Positions 30,362-44,408 of a stretch of 64,000 nucleotides of DNA are shown one piece after another. The notes under the pieces are model-generated. The model was not told the DNA's origin. It was given only the letters and a program-made list of their open reading frames with translations, and ran no database searches. Every line of letters begins with the position of its first letter. Positions within the stretch are counted from its first letter, which is position 1. The stretch is from assembly GCF_964204645.1 (NCBI RefSeq), contig NC_134027.1, forward strand, positions 11,130,485 to 11,194,484, in the 5' to 3' direction. The stretch comes from Tubulanus polymorphus. Lineage: Eukaryota > Animalia > Nemertea. A program made the position numbers and the translations under genes.

Positions 30362-33300
30362 CGCGACCGGATCGTTTTAGACTGTTATATATTTATATAT
30401 ATACACACACACGTACACACGCATATGAAATTTACAAACTTTATTTGATAAGCCAACAACTTTATTACAACTGATGTTCTTTGATGAGATAAAAAGAAAT
30501 GATTAAAAAATTACATTTTTACTACCACTACAACTACTACTATTGCAATGGATTTTATTTGCTCGGATTATGGATACGTCCGGAGATATCCTCGGCTCGA
30601 ATCGGCGTGGTTTCTCGCGGCGAGCTTGTCAACGAGAGATAGGATTTCTTTCCCCCGAGAAGAGAGCGAGCCAAGACTTCATTAGTAGGATTCCGTAGTC
30701 GTACGATAAAAAATCAAGTGTTTCAAACCTCAGTATTGTTGACTATCGACTTTACATCTTCTGTTTAATATTACTCCGAGGTGCTTTAAACGTAACGCTA
30801 ATTGTAATGATTGATTAAATTTAACTCCGTTTTGATAAAAGAATTAAACCATCTATTTAACTTCACTCCATCTTGAATAAGTTTATAATGGAAAATAGAG
30901 TTTTCAGACGCCGAACCACGATGGTGATGTTATGAATATGACGTTTACTATTTATATGTTTCATTGCTTTTATTTTTAAGCGCGGAGTTGTTTTTAAGCC
31001 GGACCTCGATCAAGGGATTCTCATTCACATGTTTGGCTATAGATGTGGTTTTGTGCCCTGGGGTATGATGCAATCATTATATTATTATTATTATTACATT
31101 GTATAAATGTCATCGGTTAAAAAAAGTAGAGTTACTTACCTACTTTGATAACACTATGTACGATATATTATATACTCTGTACAATTTTTCATGTGAGGAA
31201 GTGAACTTAAAAAAAAAACGATGTTTCGCATTTGCGTTTATGATTAATTTTATGTTGTAAATAAGGTTATTAGGTTAAGAAAATAAAAAATCTTGTACAT
31301 TCAAATTTTGAATGAAAAAGTTTTGAATGTTTTTTAAATCGCAACTTCAATCTTATTTCGATGAGTATTCGTGGGTTTAGTTTCATTCAAACCTTTTTCA
31401 CTATCGGAGGAACCATAGGGAGAGATGATAAACGTGGATGGAGAAAGTGGCATTACTTCAATATGAGTGGTAGAAAAGTGTCTGTTGGAATTTCTTGGAC
31501 GACATAAGCCAGGGCCCCTACTCCTTATAAACTGGATATGCTTCCAAAGGTGCTTGAAGTACTCCCTTGATTTGAACAAAACGCCTTCAATTTTGAGATA
31601 AGGACAATTAGGAATGTTTGTGGTTGTACAGTAGACCACACTTATATTGTTGATACTGGGACCAGGATTACCCAATTAGGCATTTACCGAATTAGGACCA
31701 CTAATAAGTTAGTGTAAAGGATAATGATTGCTTACAAGACTCAAATTAATGATTTACCAAGATAAACACTACCAATTTAGCAGGAGTCTATCTAGGTATC
31801 TAGTGAGTAGTGATGTAGACAATTCCTTGATATTTGAAAATTTCTTCTCTAAAACTTTGTATCCGGGACCCTGTTAAAGCCTAATCATGAATTACTTCAT
31901 TAACTTAATAAGGCGGGCAAGAATAGGGCGTTTCATAATTCTTTTTAGTTCGGTATGTCACTTCCTGTTATAGGCAGTGTACGCTCTTACTTGTATGGCA
32001 TAGCGTTTTCACTGGAATTCATACTTTCGCTAAACGTCTGCGAAGCAACGAAGCGTGGTTTTTGGTTTGAAATACCCGGAAGGTCTTAGCGATAAAGTAA
32101 ACACCTTGTTGCTAGCGCCATGAATGCGTGCGATCGATCAAATAAAAGAAACGCATGTTAGACATGTCTCAATCTTAATTACAACCCCGTGTAGACTGTA
32201 GTGCATACTGTGGCGAATATTCAAGGGATGCACGGTGACTGATGGCTATTTACGATTTGTTAAGTTGAGTAGCCGATGATATGTTTGTTTTGAAGCGACG
32301 ACAAGTCCGAGGAACCAATTAACGAAACCAATCTTAAAAGTAATAGGAAATTTGGTAAAATAAGATGTGCGCACCAATGTGCATGCCATAAAGTTGTGAG
32401 AATATTTGTTGTCTATACTCTTTGATGAAAGACCGGAAAGTTAACCGGAAAACCGCCTTATGCCTTTACACTGCATTATGCCCGGGTGTATGTAGGTCTG
32501 CGGGAACACGGATGGAAGGACCTCTAGTTCCAGAATTAAGAGTTAAGAACTAACTTTTGAGTTCATTATTATAACATTATCAACTAATTCACCATATTTT
32601 TTAACTCTACAGTCGAAAGACATTCTCGTGGCTCGTCGGGTATTTCACTTACACCCGCTAAAAATGTCTAGATTAAAAAAATCACTTTTAGCCATTGTGT
32701 GTGTGATGCGATATCAACCACCAAAAATCCGCAGAAGAAAAAAACGATATTAAAATTTTTCGAGGTTTTTGATAGTCCAGTGTGTGATTCGTTCCTAAGT
32801 ATAATGAGGATGCCAATGAAAGAGTGGAAAACTTAGATTCTCGCGTTGCAAAGAATAGGATATAAGGACTACGAGAAGACCGAGTTGCATACGTTAAATG
32901 ATAAAAAGAAGACATGAAAAAATGCGTCAATGAAGACAGATTTCTAAAAAAGAACAATAAGGATATTAGTGAGATTCGTTCAAATTTGAAATCCTGACAT
33001 GTACGAAGAATATTGGAAATACCAAGCAGACAAGCACCAAGCTTTGTCGAGGATCGTCAATATCTAAAAAAGATGTTTGTTCCTCTTTTTGATAATATTC
33101 ATTGTAATGTCGTTTTTGGCGAAATTTGATTGAAATAAGTGATAAGTTCAACCACGCCCACGCTCGTAAAATTTTAGTTCCACTTCGGATAAACACTTTT
33201 GGCAAGCGGTTTAATCGGCAGTTTGAGCCCCTAATTATATTTTGGGTCTCTTTGGATACTTAAAACACCGTTCTGACGGTGATCTCTACCGAGAGTTCGA

Positions 33301-34539
33301 GATGGCGTGTCTTTTCTTTTTAATCTTTAATTCTTGAGTAATGGATTTCGTTTTTAAACTGTTAGATTTGTATATAGCGGATTTTTAAACTTTCCCTTAT
33401 CTTTTAATCAGTATACACCGGTTATTACATTTTTTGTGAAATTATTTTGCGCATTAGTTGGAGTACTTACCTGTAACATGAGTCTTGAAACGACCAGATC
33501 ATTTTCGGACACGGTCTTATACATCGATTTTAAACCAGTTCTCTACTGATTCGAAGGATTGCCAAAAGTCATCTTTAACTCAGGTTGCACGACAAATGTA
33601 ACGGTTTTGCGATGCTGTGGTACAAAAGTATTTGAAATATTCTAATATCATTTCGTATGTAAATGTGATGTTGATAATACATAAATAAATATGCACAGTT
33701 TTTGATGCTGAAAATGGGAAAAATTAGGAGAGATTCTGTTAGACGTTTTCGTTTTATATTTCGATTTTAGATTTCGCTTTTACATAAGCCAGCCGGTACA
33801 ACCACTCAATTGGTATCCAGTTTTTTTGTATTCAATTAGTACCAACTCATCTAAGTTTATCAACAGCTAGAGAAATCAATGCTACTCTAAAGTACATTTT
33901 GTTTCATGTTTCTTTAATTTACATTGGTATAAATGTAACATCGACGTTACACGTGAAAATGATGGTTTACTTATGAACACTGATGTGTGTAGGCCTACTA
34001 CAGGCACTGATTGCTGACAACGACAAATTTTGGTCAATTATATCTATTTCATGAATCAACGTCCTACATATGAATTATGTGTTGGTTTTAGTTCCTGAAA
34101 ATGTTTTATCAGACGAGTACACTACACCTACTATATATACACATCCCCTACTGCCATGCACAAATCAAAAACTTCACCGACAAAAATGATATCGCAGAAA
34201 CTTTCAATTCAGGATTGGCGCAGTCGACAAAAGTTTACTGTTTAGATTGAAAAACTGGTTTGTTTCTTTAAGCGTCGCCTGGTTAAATACGCAGACGTTC
34301 GTAGTGACATTCGCTGCGCTTTGGAATATATTCAGTAACAAACTGTGGTGATATATGGTCGGTAATGTATACATAATTTAACATTAAAAAGATTACGAAT
34401 GAAACGTCTGATTTCTTTCGAAGTTTTTCAAAATGCACTGATTAATTTACAGGTAATGTGGTTTGGCGCCAATCAGCCACCATAGATATCGGATTAGAGA
34501 AGTGAACGTAACTTATAATGTAATGTGACGATGAATCTC

Positions 34540-37500
34540 ATGAGGTATCAAACGCTTCTACGGAGTTCAAAAACTTGTACCGATATGATAGCTGTTTGGA
34601 TATTTTGCGCGATGCTGTTCGTTCCGGCGTCGAACTCCTATGACATACCGAGTCTCGGGGCGACATGCAGAATGGTAGATATTGGTACGTCAGCGATCCG
34701 TTTCGCATAACGACTTACAGTTTCATGAGTATCAGTATTCGTTCATTGAAACTTAAGTCGTTCTGCGAAACGAGAAAATACATACGTGACTAATTCAATT
34801 GATTCTGAAAACATAATTTGTCAAAAACCGCGACCGCACGAGCGCAACCCGGGACAACTGTTCACATTGGTGCCGAATGGGCCAAATTTGACCCGAGCCA
34901 AAATTTAGCACGGGACAGATTGTGTTTGAATTGCAACTGGTTCAAGAAATGTCTCGCTTCGCTTTGTGTGAGCATTGTGAGTGATTTGCGTGTGACCGCG
35001 CTCTCTAGATTGTGCACGAGCCAAATTTGGCCCGTAACAACTTTGCCCGGGACACTTCACACAGATGCCAAATGGGCCCGTGCCTGTTTGGCCCGACCGA
35101 AAACGTCGGACCACGCCCGAGCCAAATTTCAGCACGCGACAAATTATTGCGTTTGTCAATTGCAACTGTTATGGAAGTGACTCATTTCGCTTTGTTTGAG
35201 GTTTAGTATCGAGTGAGCGGTTTGCGTGTGAACGCGCTCTCTAATTAGACACGGGCCAAATTTGTCTCAGCTTGATCCGTACCGAATCGCCTTCTTGTGA
35301 TCGCGGCATTATTTGATTTGAGGCCAAATTGCACAAAAAAGAAGCAAAATGTTCACCTCAGATATGCTAGAAATAGTGAAATTGCTTTGCAACGCTGCGC
35401 GTCCCCGGACCAGAAATCCACGTGGGCAACTTACACAACATCTGCTTTCATGTTTATAAATTCCATTTTCATGAAATCCTGCATCTCCAGTCCCACTTCG
35501 CGATAATCATTTACAATTCTATCGTTTTCCACGATGCCTCAGAATTTATGAATACGGCTATTTTTACTATGGCTGGATTTTCTTTTTAGGCGTGATCGCG
35601 TCCGACGAATCGTTATTTGGGAAAATGTTCGTCGAGTCGTTTTGGAATGAGAATCCACGAGTTTGCGAACCGAATACTGATTGTCTGCATTACAACCTGA
35701 CTGAGGTCACTGTGAAACCGCGAGATATACTCGATGAAAATCGTACGGAAATTAAATGGAATTATTCCATTTCATGTTTTTCTATATTCTACACATTTCA
35801 ATATGAAAAAATTATGCTTAATTGGTATTGATATCAAATGCGTGATTCCAATTTGGGTTCAGAAAAAAATATATGTTATATTGGTAATTATGGTGGCTGA
35901 TTCGGGCCATATAAAAAAAATTCACATTGGCCCGTTTTTTATTGTTTTTCTCGCGCGAGAAAACCAAAATGTTTTGTTCTCTCGTTCGAGAAAACCGAAA
36001 GTTTTGAATTCTCGCGCGAGAAAACTATAAAAACGGGCCAATGTGAAAAGTTTTTTATCGTGGCTTTAGCCGTACAGAAAAATTTTCTAGTACGGCCCGA
36101 ATCAGCCACCATAGGTAATTGATATCAAAATACGTGATTCCAATTTGGGCTCGAATCTCTGGACGATGTACCTATCCTGACTCAGTTCCATCCTGCTGCA
36201 CCACGAAGTAGTTTATGAAGGCGAGAACCATCCCCTTGTGGGACTCGAATCTGTCAAGTTTTATGATCGTACAGAATACCCCAGCACAGTCCTGACTTAA
36301 GTCTAAAAGTTGTCTTTAATCCAAAGATTGTTCTGGCTATCGACTGTGCAGCTTGCTCAATGGACTTAGTATATTTTCAATCTATTCATGATAGACCCAC
36401 AATACTTAATGATGAACTTCAGACTATTCAGTGAAAGAGACCACAGAGCATTGATAAAGCCAAAATCAACGCTACTTCAGGTCCAGTTTCACGATGTTGG
36501 TTAAGTTTGACTCGTAGAGTTGAAATAAATTGATTTTCAATGTTTTAAGTTTTGTAACCAATGGTGGAACTGAATCTATCTAAAACCCAACGCACGCGAT
36601 GCGGGGAAACGCAGAAACAACAGACGAAAAATATTTCCTTTTAATTGTATCAGTCGTGGGTGTTTACGGGAGACAAGAAATATGGTTTCGGGAACAACGT
36701 TTCCGAGATCAAACATTTTGTTCCCGTTTTACTGATCCCCTGCAGCTTCGTGCGCGTTGGGCTTGTTACTATTTCTTATCAATTCGCTACATCTATCATC
36801 TAAATTCTTTCAATTTCAGTGAATAATCGCCTGTACGATACGGATTACGATTTATTTGTCGGCTCGTTCTCCCGAGGTATCCTCGAGTTTGCTCTCCGTT
36901 CGAAGATCCCGTACCTCGTGACGACCTCTGTCGATTTGACGCTGGAAAATAGGCGAGAAAGTGCCGCATACTCGGATGACGTCATCAACATCGTTCCATT
37001 CTACGATGGTATATCGAGCGCGCTTGTGCACTTCATCCGAACCAAAGGATCGCGACGGATTTACCTTATGTATGACATCAACTATATCGAAGGTAAATTA
37101 CTTGATATTTTTTAGAGATACTGCCTATCGGTATTATACCAATGATGCGGGTAGGAATATTTCCAGAAATTCACAAAAACAGTCCGAACATATCATTTCA
37201 CAGAAAAATTATTCAAATGGAATTACATTACGGGAAAAACATTACAGAAAAATGACTTGGAAAAAGTCGATGCCAAAAAATCATCAAAGAGTCACCGAAA
37301 TGAAATGAAGCCATTAGTCTCAATCCCTGAAGCCGCTTCTGCATATACGACCCTATTTAGATTTGATTTGACTTATATTTATGTGACGCGCACACAGAAA
37401 ACGAGATTGTCAATAGAAACTTTTCAAAATAAAGAAGTTTCCAGTTTCTAGACGCCGTTTTGTGGCGGTAGCTAGAGGTCCCCATTGTAGCGATAATTTT

Positions 37501-40500
37501 CGCTCATTTTTGAAACAAAGGTTTTGATTGAATTTCACTTAGCTCTACAGTCCCTTGCGTGATAAACTTTATTCATATATCATTTCAAAGGAAATAGAAT
37601 ATGCAGACTTTTTGTTGATGATTATCAGGTTTTTCGATCCTGTTATAGCTATATTCACACAGTCATACAGTCATAGAAAACGAGATTGTCAACAGAAGTT
37701 CAAAATTGATAGATTTCGTATTTTTTCATAGAGGCCCAACTGGTTCTGAAAAAGCTGATGAAGCTCAGTTCGATTAGTTACACGGAACAGAATGCACTGA
37801 CCAGCGCTCTGACTTTACCTTCATCGAGCGTACTGATTAGCTATATAGCTGATCGTCTGATCAAAATCAAAGCTGATGCCGTTATATTCTTTCTGAAACC
37901 CGAATTTCGATGGAGCTCTCTTTACCACGTAAGTCGAGTCTTTGCTGCGAAAAGGTATCATGTCAAATAACCATTGGTGAAACACTATTCCGTGTCGTAA
38001 CGATATATAGAGAGTCCCACACTAAAAAAGCGAGAAAGATGAAGTCCGAAAAGTTACACATTAGTTTGAAGGAAACTTTTCGGACTTCATCTTTCTCGAT
38101 TTATTAGTGTGTGATTCTCTGTCTGATATCTCCCCCGAAAACCTATTTCAGCCAAAAAAGCCTAGAATAGTCAGAAATTAGTTTGATCCTTGCGATGAAT
38201 CGGTATTAGTTTTAACTTAAACCCGACCGTAAGTCAACTATTAGTTATTCCGGTAAGCCCATGAGCCAGTTGCACAGTTAATCGATTAAATCCACAAATC
38301 AAAAAATAATCCCTATTTCAAGGTCAAAAACATACGACCGATCAGTATAAAAAGAAGTGCTTCTAATGACCAAGGACTTCAGGCCAAACTTTTGAACATT
38401 TTTGGACTTAAGTTTAACTATGCAACTGAGCCCCTGGCTGATGTAAATCAAAACTGGTCTATAGGACTCATCGCCAAATCTAAAATTAGGTTGATACAGT
38501 CAAACCACGTTTAAAAGAAACGGCTGATAGACATTTTCCCATCGTCTTATTTTGACAGCTTTCATCGAAATTTCCCGAAAATTCAAGGAGTCCTCTGTGG
38601 ATATGCGGCAACTCGGTATGTGGGAAAAATTAGAAAATAGTTCATCATCATCATCATCATCTCTTTTTCGATAAACCAAAATTATTTCTTTCTCGAAAAG
38701 CAAGCGCTGATGACGACGCCGGACTCCGAACGGTCGTATCTTCAAAAGTCGTCGTTTCCCGTGATCGCGTTCGACTTATCCGAGCCCAGTTTATTGTGGA
38801 AGTTCGACGGAAATAAACGACTTTCTAGCGTCGAATCGAAAACAGCAGTTGCCGTTCTCCTGCCGGCTTTATCTTCATTCGCGGTGCAAAACTTCACGAA
38901 ATTACATCTCTCCCAACATCTAAAGAAGGTTGGTGGCGGTAAATCGTATAGAACCGTGGATTCGAAAATCTCTGATGGTTGATTCGGGATATCTATAAAA
39001 GAAATCAAATGGAACTTATCAGGCCTGCGACGAGCTTTTCTGAGGGGCAGTTCTATATCAAGAAAAAGGGCACTACTTTACCGAGAAAAGGGGCACTTTC
39101 CTATTAAAAAAGAACACATCTTGAATAATGAAGTGCCTGGGTACCTGGATAAATCATTTGAGAATGGATTTACTGCCCATTTAAAAAAAAAACCATAAAC
39201 ATTGTATCCAAATTTCGCAAAATCTTGACCCCAATTTTCTTGACACTGACTTTGAAGGGCACTTTTAGGGTGTTCGTTCGCTACCCCCGAACCCCCACTC
39301 GGTACGGACCTGTTTATATATTCATAGGCTATAAGTAATATTCAATTTCAATTGCAATTTCAATTTCAATTTATTCATCATAAACCAAAAGTACAAGATT
39401 GTGAATGAAGAAAAACAACAACAACAACAAACAAAAAACAAAAAAACAAAAACGATGCACAATAAAACAATAAAGGAGAGAGAGAATTATGATAATATAT
39501 TCATGATCTCTTGATTAATGAGTTTTCTTTTGCTATCTTCATCATTTCAAAGGTGACATTACCGCAGAGCGACATAGCCGGTAAAATCGGCTTCAACAAT
39601 TTCGGAATTCGCGATACATTCGCAATTCGAATTATAGACGCAACAAAACTGAAACAGGTTCGTGTAGAGGCACGTTCGCCGCCGAAAAACCTCAGAAAAG
39701 ATGTGGAATTTACTTGATTTTTTTTGCAGAATTAATAGGTGTATATTTGATTACAATGACTATTTTCTAGATATCTGAATGGAATACAGAAGTTGGTCCG
39801 TCGTACGCTAGCTTGATTGGTGTCGATCCAAATACCATACTAAAAGTTGCTATTGTGTTGGTAAGGCTAAAAATTGAAAAAATCGCATGTTTTTTTTAAA
39901 TCTTAAAATAGGGATTGACCCTGTCATTTATCTAATTGGTAGATTTCTTTTGATTTGATTTGATTTGAAATGATTGTTGTCCCTTACAAACCAACCACAC
40001 CTGCCCGGAACGGAACAGGGAGTTTGATTTTGAAATTGGAAATCGAAGTGCTGATATAGTTGGGTGATCAGAGCTACAACATTTTTTGAATAAATAGAAA
40101 TAGATAATTGGAAGCGCATGTTACCGATGTGGGATATCTGGGGCCCGTTGCTAAAAAGTTGGTTTAAGATAACCGATCGATAAATACCATCGCAACAATT
40201 GAGAATTCATTGTTACTATGTCATTTCCCCCATTGGTTAACTCTATCCAACTTTTGAGCCACCAGCCCCATAGTTGTTTAGTGCAAAAGAAATAAACTTT
40301 GCAATTCTGGTAAAAAATTTTTCTTTTGTAGGATAAGCCATTCGCTTTTACACGCGAAGGAGCGTTGCCAGTTGGAAACGGAAGGTTTTCCGGACTTGTT
40401 GTCGACATCTTCGAGAAAATCGTCGAATTTGTGAAATCAAAATACAACGTGCGAATACATTACCATTTCATACCGACTACTACGTACGGTAAACAACTAA

Positions 40501-43500
40501 CCAACGGAAAGTGGTCCGGAGCGATCGGACAATTGTCCAGTGGGGTTAGTATAATACGATTGAATATGCATATACGGGTGGCTGATTTAGGGCCGTGTAA
40601 AAAAAAAATCACACACGTTACAATTTTCTTTTACAAACGCCTGAAGCACGTTGTAACACGAAATCGAACGAAAATTACCCACGTTAAAACAAAAAATTAC
40701 CGCGATAAATTGACTCTTTTTCTGACTCGAGTCAGCCAGCATGCTATCTCTTTACAGTTTAACATTTATTGGTGCACACCATTATGGCTGCCTCATTAAT
40801 TCCATATGAAATCGATAATCAGATTTCCCACTCGTGATTGGATCTAGATTTTTTAACTGATGAAGTAGTTAGACATAATATCTTCATATTCATATTGCCT
40901 TTTAGAAAATGAATATATTTTGCTACTATTGATTGGAAACTGATTTCTAACTCATAGAGGCATTACGATACTATCAAGATACCAGCTTCCTAAATTGTCC
41001 ATGATGTCATCAGTTTGCCCAGTGATTTGAATCAAAACGCTTGATTTTTTCATTAAGACCCTTCCGTACTGCCTTCAAATCCGGAATCATAAAATCACCT
41101 ACTAGTGATTCGACCTTTCCGCAGCAATGTCTTCTGATAGACAACATCATTAGCGGGTTATTTGATCGCCACATAGGACATTTGTGAGGGCATTCATATT
41201 CTATGGAAGTACGTATTAAAAAAAACTCCATTCATAATTTTCAGACCGCTGATATCGCCATCGGGGGTATTTTGAAAACAGTGGATCGCTCTATCGCGGT
41301 TGACTTCACGACTGGATTTACGACTGATAGTCTAGCTTTGCTGTATCGACCTAAGACAATGTTGAGAGGACTGTTCTTTTTGCTGCGACCGTTTCATTAT
41401 TACGTATGGCTATTGATACTGGCTAGTATTTGGGTCGGCGGAATGTGGATATTCATTTTATTCAAATGCGACCCCATGCACCATGACGTCACACACGATA
41501 AGAGACTGACTATGAAGCAGAGTTTATGGTATTCGGTCAGCACGACCTTCCTCTTCAGTCAGCCGTTTCAGCCGCAAATGTTCTCCATAAAATCATTCGC
41601 CGCGTTGCTGATGGTTTTCGCTTTTCTGCTTTTCGTCATATATTTGTCGAATCTAACGGCTCTGTTGTCCGCGCCACCTACTTTGCAAACACGCGTAAGA
41701 AATCTGCAAGATTTATTGTCTCAAACCTATTACAATTACGGCTACATTAGAGATACCGCTACCGAAGAGTTGTTCGTAACGTCGCACGAGCAGACTCTGT
41801 CTCAGCTTCAACGACGTATTTCAGACGTCGAATCGACCTTTTCGAAGAGTAAAATGGCTCGCGATAAAGTAATAAATGAACAGTTCGTTTGTATTGGAAG
41901 CGCTTACAAACTGGGCCACATCGCAGGTACGTTTTCTCAGACCATACGCGTTCGCTTGTTGGCATACACATCTTAAAAGAAATGTATTTTTGGTCTAAAT
42001 CATATATATTCATTTTAGGTAATTTTGGAAATTGCTCGTTGCGGGTGGTGCCCACTGATATAATCCTTGGAGAATTAGCTTTTGCCCTGCAGTCGGGACT
42101 GTCTCATAAAACGGTCATCGACGAATCTTTAAATCATCTTCGATCTACCGGACAGATACAGGATCTTATAGAATAGTAAGTTGATTTGAAAAGGGAAAAA
42201 TTCGTCATTAACTAAAGTAAGAAATTTTACGGACGAGTACCGGAGGTGACGTGATGAAATTGGTTGGAACGAAATGACGTTTTCGTTCGATTGAAATTGT
42301 TTTTGTGGGAACGAAACGAAATAATTATTTTTTTCGTGGGAAAGAAAATGTGTTACATGGCGAAAAATATTGTTTTGAACTAAAAAATGTGGGTTAGGGT
42401 CAGAGGTAGAGTTTTGGGGGTTCTTGGCCATTAATAATACACCTAAATAAGGCAGAGACACCCCCACGTTTCGTTCCCACGGAAAACTCTCCGTTCGAAC
42501 GAAAAGATTATTTCGTGCCTACGAATTTTTCACCATGTCACCTCCGGGGCTCCGTAAAATTTTGATCACTCGAATACAGAATGATTGTATTATTTACAGT
42601 TGGTTTACATACTCAAATAACTGCTCAACCTCCGGATCGGGATGTGATGGCGAGATTCCACCGGCAAGTCTTACCCTGACAGAAATTGCCGGGCCTTGCA
42701 TCATCCTAGCTGCTGGAGTAGTTATATCTTTCATATGTCTGGCTGTTAAATCGATACACACTTGTCACGTCAGGCAAAAAAATAATTATACCGCCAATGT
42801 AAGTATGGAAATTGAAATAACTATTGTTCTAACAGCTACCTGTTAGCCTGGTTCATTGGGTTTAGAGTGTCCGCGAGTTAAGAAAAAGATGTTTTGTTGG
42901 ATGTATAATAAATCCAAAATTTATGGCATCCTCAAAACTATGACGAGAAAAAAGAATTTGGAATTTTTTAGGGTTTATTCTCACAAAAAAAATAATCTCT
43001 AATTTCCCTTCCGAGGAAGAAACGCGCAAAATATTTTCACCCGCGAAAAAAAGCCTGTCAAGAATATCCCGGAATCATATTCTCATGTTTGGTTGCAAGG
43101 ATGCCACAAATGTGGGTTTATGCAAAAAAAACCTTTCACTTTGATTTTCAATGGCTTGCAAAAATGTGAAAGATAATTTGCGCAAAAATACAAATCGGAA
43201 GTTAACCATCTGTGAGAAATAAAAGCCTGCAGAAATTTCCAAATTTTCTTTTTATCATGCCCTGTATTAAATATGCACACCTAGAACGTGTAAGAGATAG
43301 AAAGATATTTTTCTAAAATCTCCTGCACTTGAATTTTTGAAAAAAAATTGAATTATCCTTAAAACCGTACAAGAATATGAAGGAAAATACGAATTCAAGT
43401 AATTCTGTTGGAAATTTTGTCTAAGAGTAGAATATATTTTGGGGGTTTACTGGGAACTTGTTTTCAACTAATATATACGATTTAGTGACAAAATACCAAA

Positions 43501-44182
43501 GGTCATAAGTCAAGTGGGTAGCTGTCACCTTCGTATAAACCCCGGGTTCGAGTTTGTGCCTCGCCTCAATTAGTCACGCTATAATGCAGTATAAAATAAG
43601 GCGATTATCTCAGATTAAAGGGTCTATTGACCATTTGCTGACAAGGGAACCAGACAAACATTTTTGTTTTTTTTTTGTTGTCTTAGGGTCTACAGGTGCG
43701 GCAAAGAGTCGACTCGTATAGAAAACGACAATCAAATGAAGGAGTTCAGCTGAAGTATATAAGCGAAGAAAACTCAATCGGTAAAGTGCACTGTCTTACT
43801 GACTGTCTTAACGTTTAGAATACGACAACAAACTACACGTCAAAACATTCTTATAGTAATTGAACGTGTTGCCAGAAAGGCGGATGTGTAAATAAGTGTT
43901 TCTAAATAGACCGGTTCAATAAATTCATTGAACCTTAACTCATTTTTATACGGCATTTCGCTACGGCATTACGGCATTTCGCTATCTGTATAGAATTTCT
44001 CGTTCAAAAACAAACTCGACGTGTTCGCGCGGGACTGGTTTTTTATTTTGAAATATCGGTTCTGTATTGTGAATTTTTCAGATTTAGATGCGGAAATCAT
44101 GACCGAGACTACAGCAACAACAAATGAACGTCCGGTTTCTATTCACGAACAAAGCAGCGCTAAACCTATTGCAAAATTCTAA
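34540..44182 (+). CDS. Divergent ionotropic glutamate receptor / IR-like protein, about 14 exons (start codon uncertain)
   Basis: Signal peptide-like MIAVWIFCAMLFVPASNS; ATD-like exons; S1 SGLVVDIFEKI...YGKQLTNGKWSGAIGQL|ADIAIGGILKTVDRSIAVDFTTGF; M1 LLRPFHYYVWLLIL; M2 SLWYSVST; M3 YLSNLTALL; S2 LQDLLSQTYYNYG; M4 LTLTEIAGPCIILAAGVVIS; consistent splice phases through to TAA at 44180-44182. Confidence 0.85.
34860..35265. repeat. GC-rich imperfect direct repeat (period about 225 bp), probably transposon-derived
   Basis: cccgagccaaa...ttgcaactg...gtgagYgRtttgcgtgtgaMcgcgctctcta occurs twice; repeated gggccaaatttg motifs. Confidence 0.6.
35889..36113. mobile_element. Non-autonomous TIR element with 6-bp TSD (IS3EU-like)
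   Basis: 20-bp perfect TIR tatggtggctgattcgggcc; GGTAAT duplicated at 35883-35888 and 36114-36119; internal inverted repeat; partial relatives near 40575, 51790 and 55217. Confidence 0.75.
39905..40130 (+). repeat. Dispersed repeat family (other copies at about 55368-55560 and 58800-58905)
   Basis: Shared aaatagggattgRccc...cccttacaaaYc...cacctgcc.gga.cg. Confidence 0.75.
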
Positions 44183-44408
44183 TATAATACCAATTATATA
44201 ATCGTAATTCAAGGCTGAAATACAGAAGGTTAAAAATGAGTAACACTACGCAATAAACAGAAAGCACTCATGAACGAATAGCTAGAAACGGATTCGACTT
44301 GAGTTTGATGTAAAAGTACAGGGGCGGATATGAAGATGGTAAGGCGGGGTCCAAGAGAAAAGTAAAGACTATAGTTATTGAATGAACGCTCTAATCCGCG
44401 TACGCTGA

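Noticed and set aside
31334-31675. 113-aa minus-strand ORF
   Set aside because: No ATG start, no recognisable domain and no splice context.
33265-33312. Possible fourth hammerhead (ctgacgg...ctct accg agag...gaga)
   Set aside because: Both core boxes are mismatched; could be chance.
34818-35206. 120-, 86- and 64-aa ORFs
   Set aside because: Lie in a GC-rich intronic repeat; no protein-family signal.
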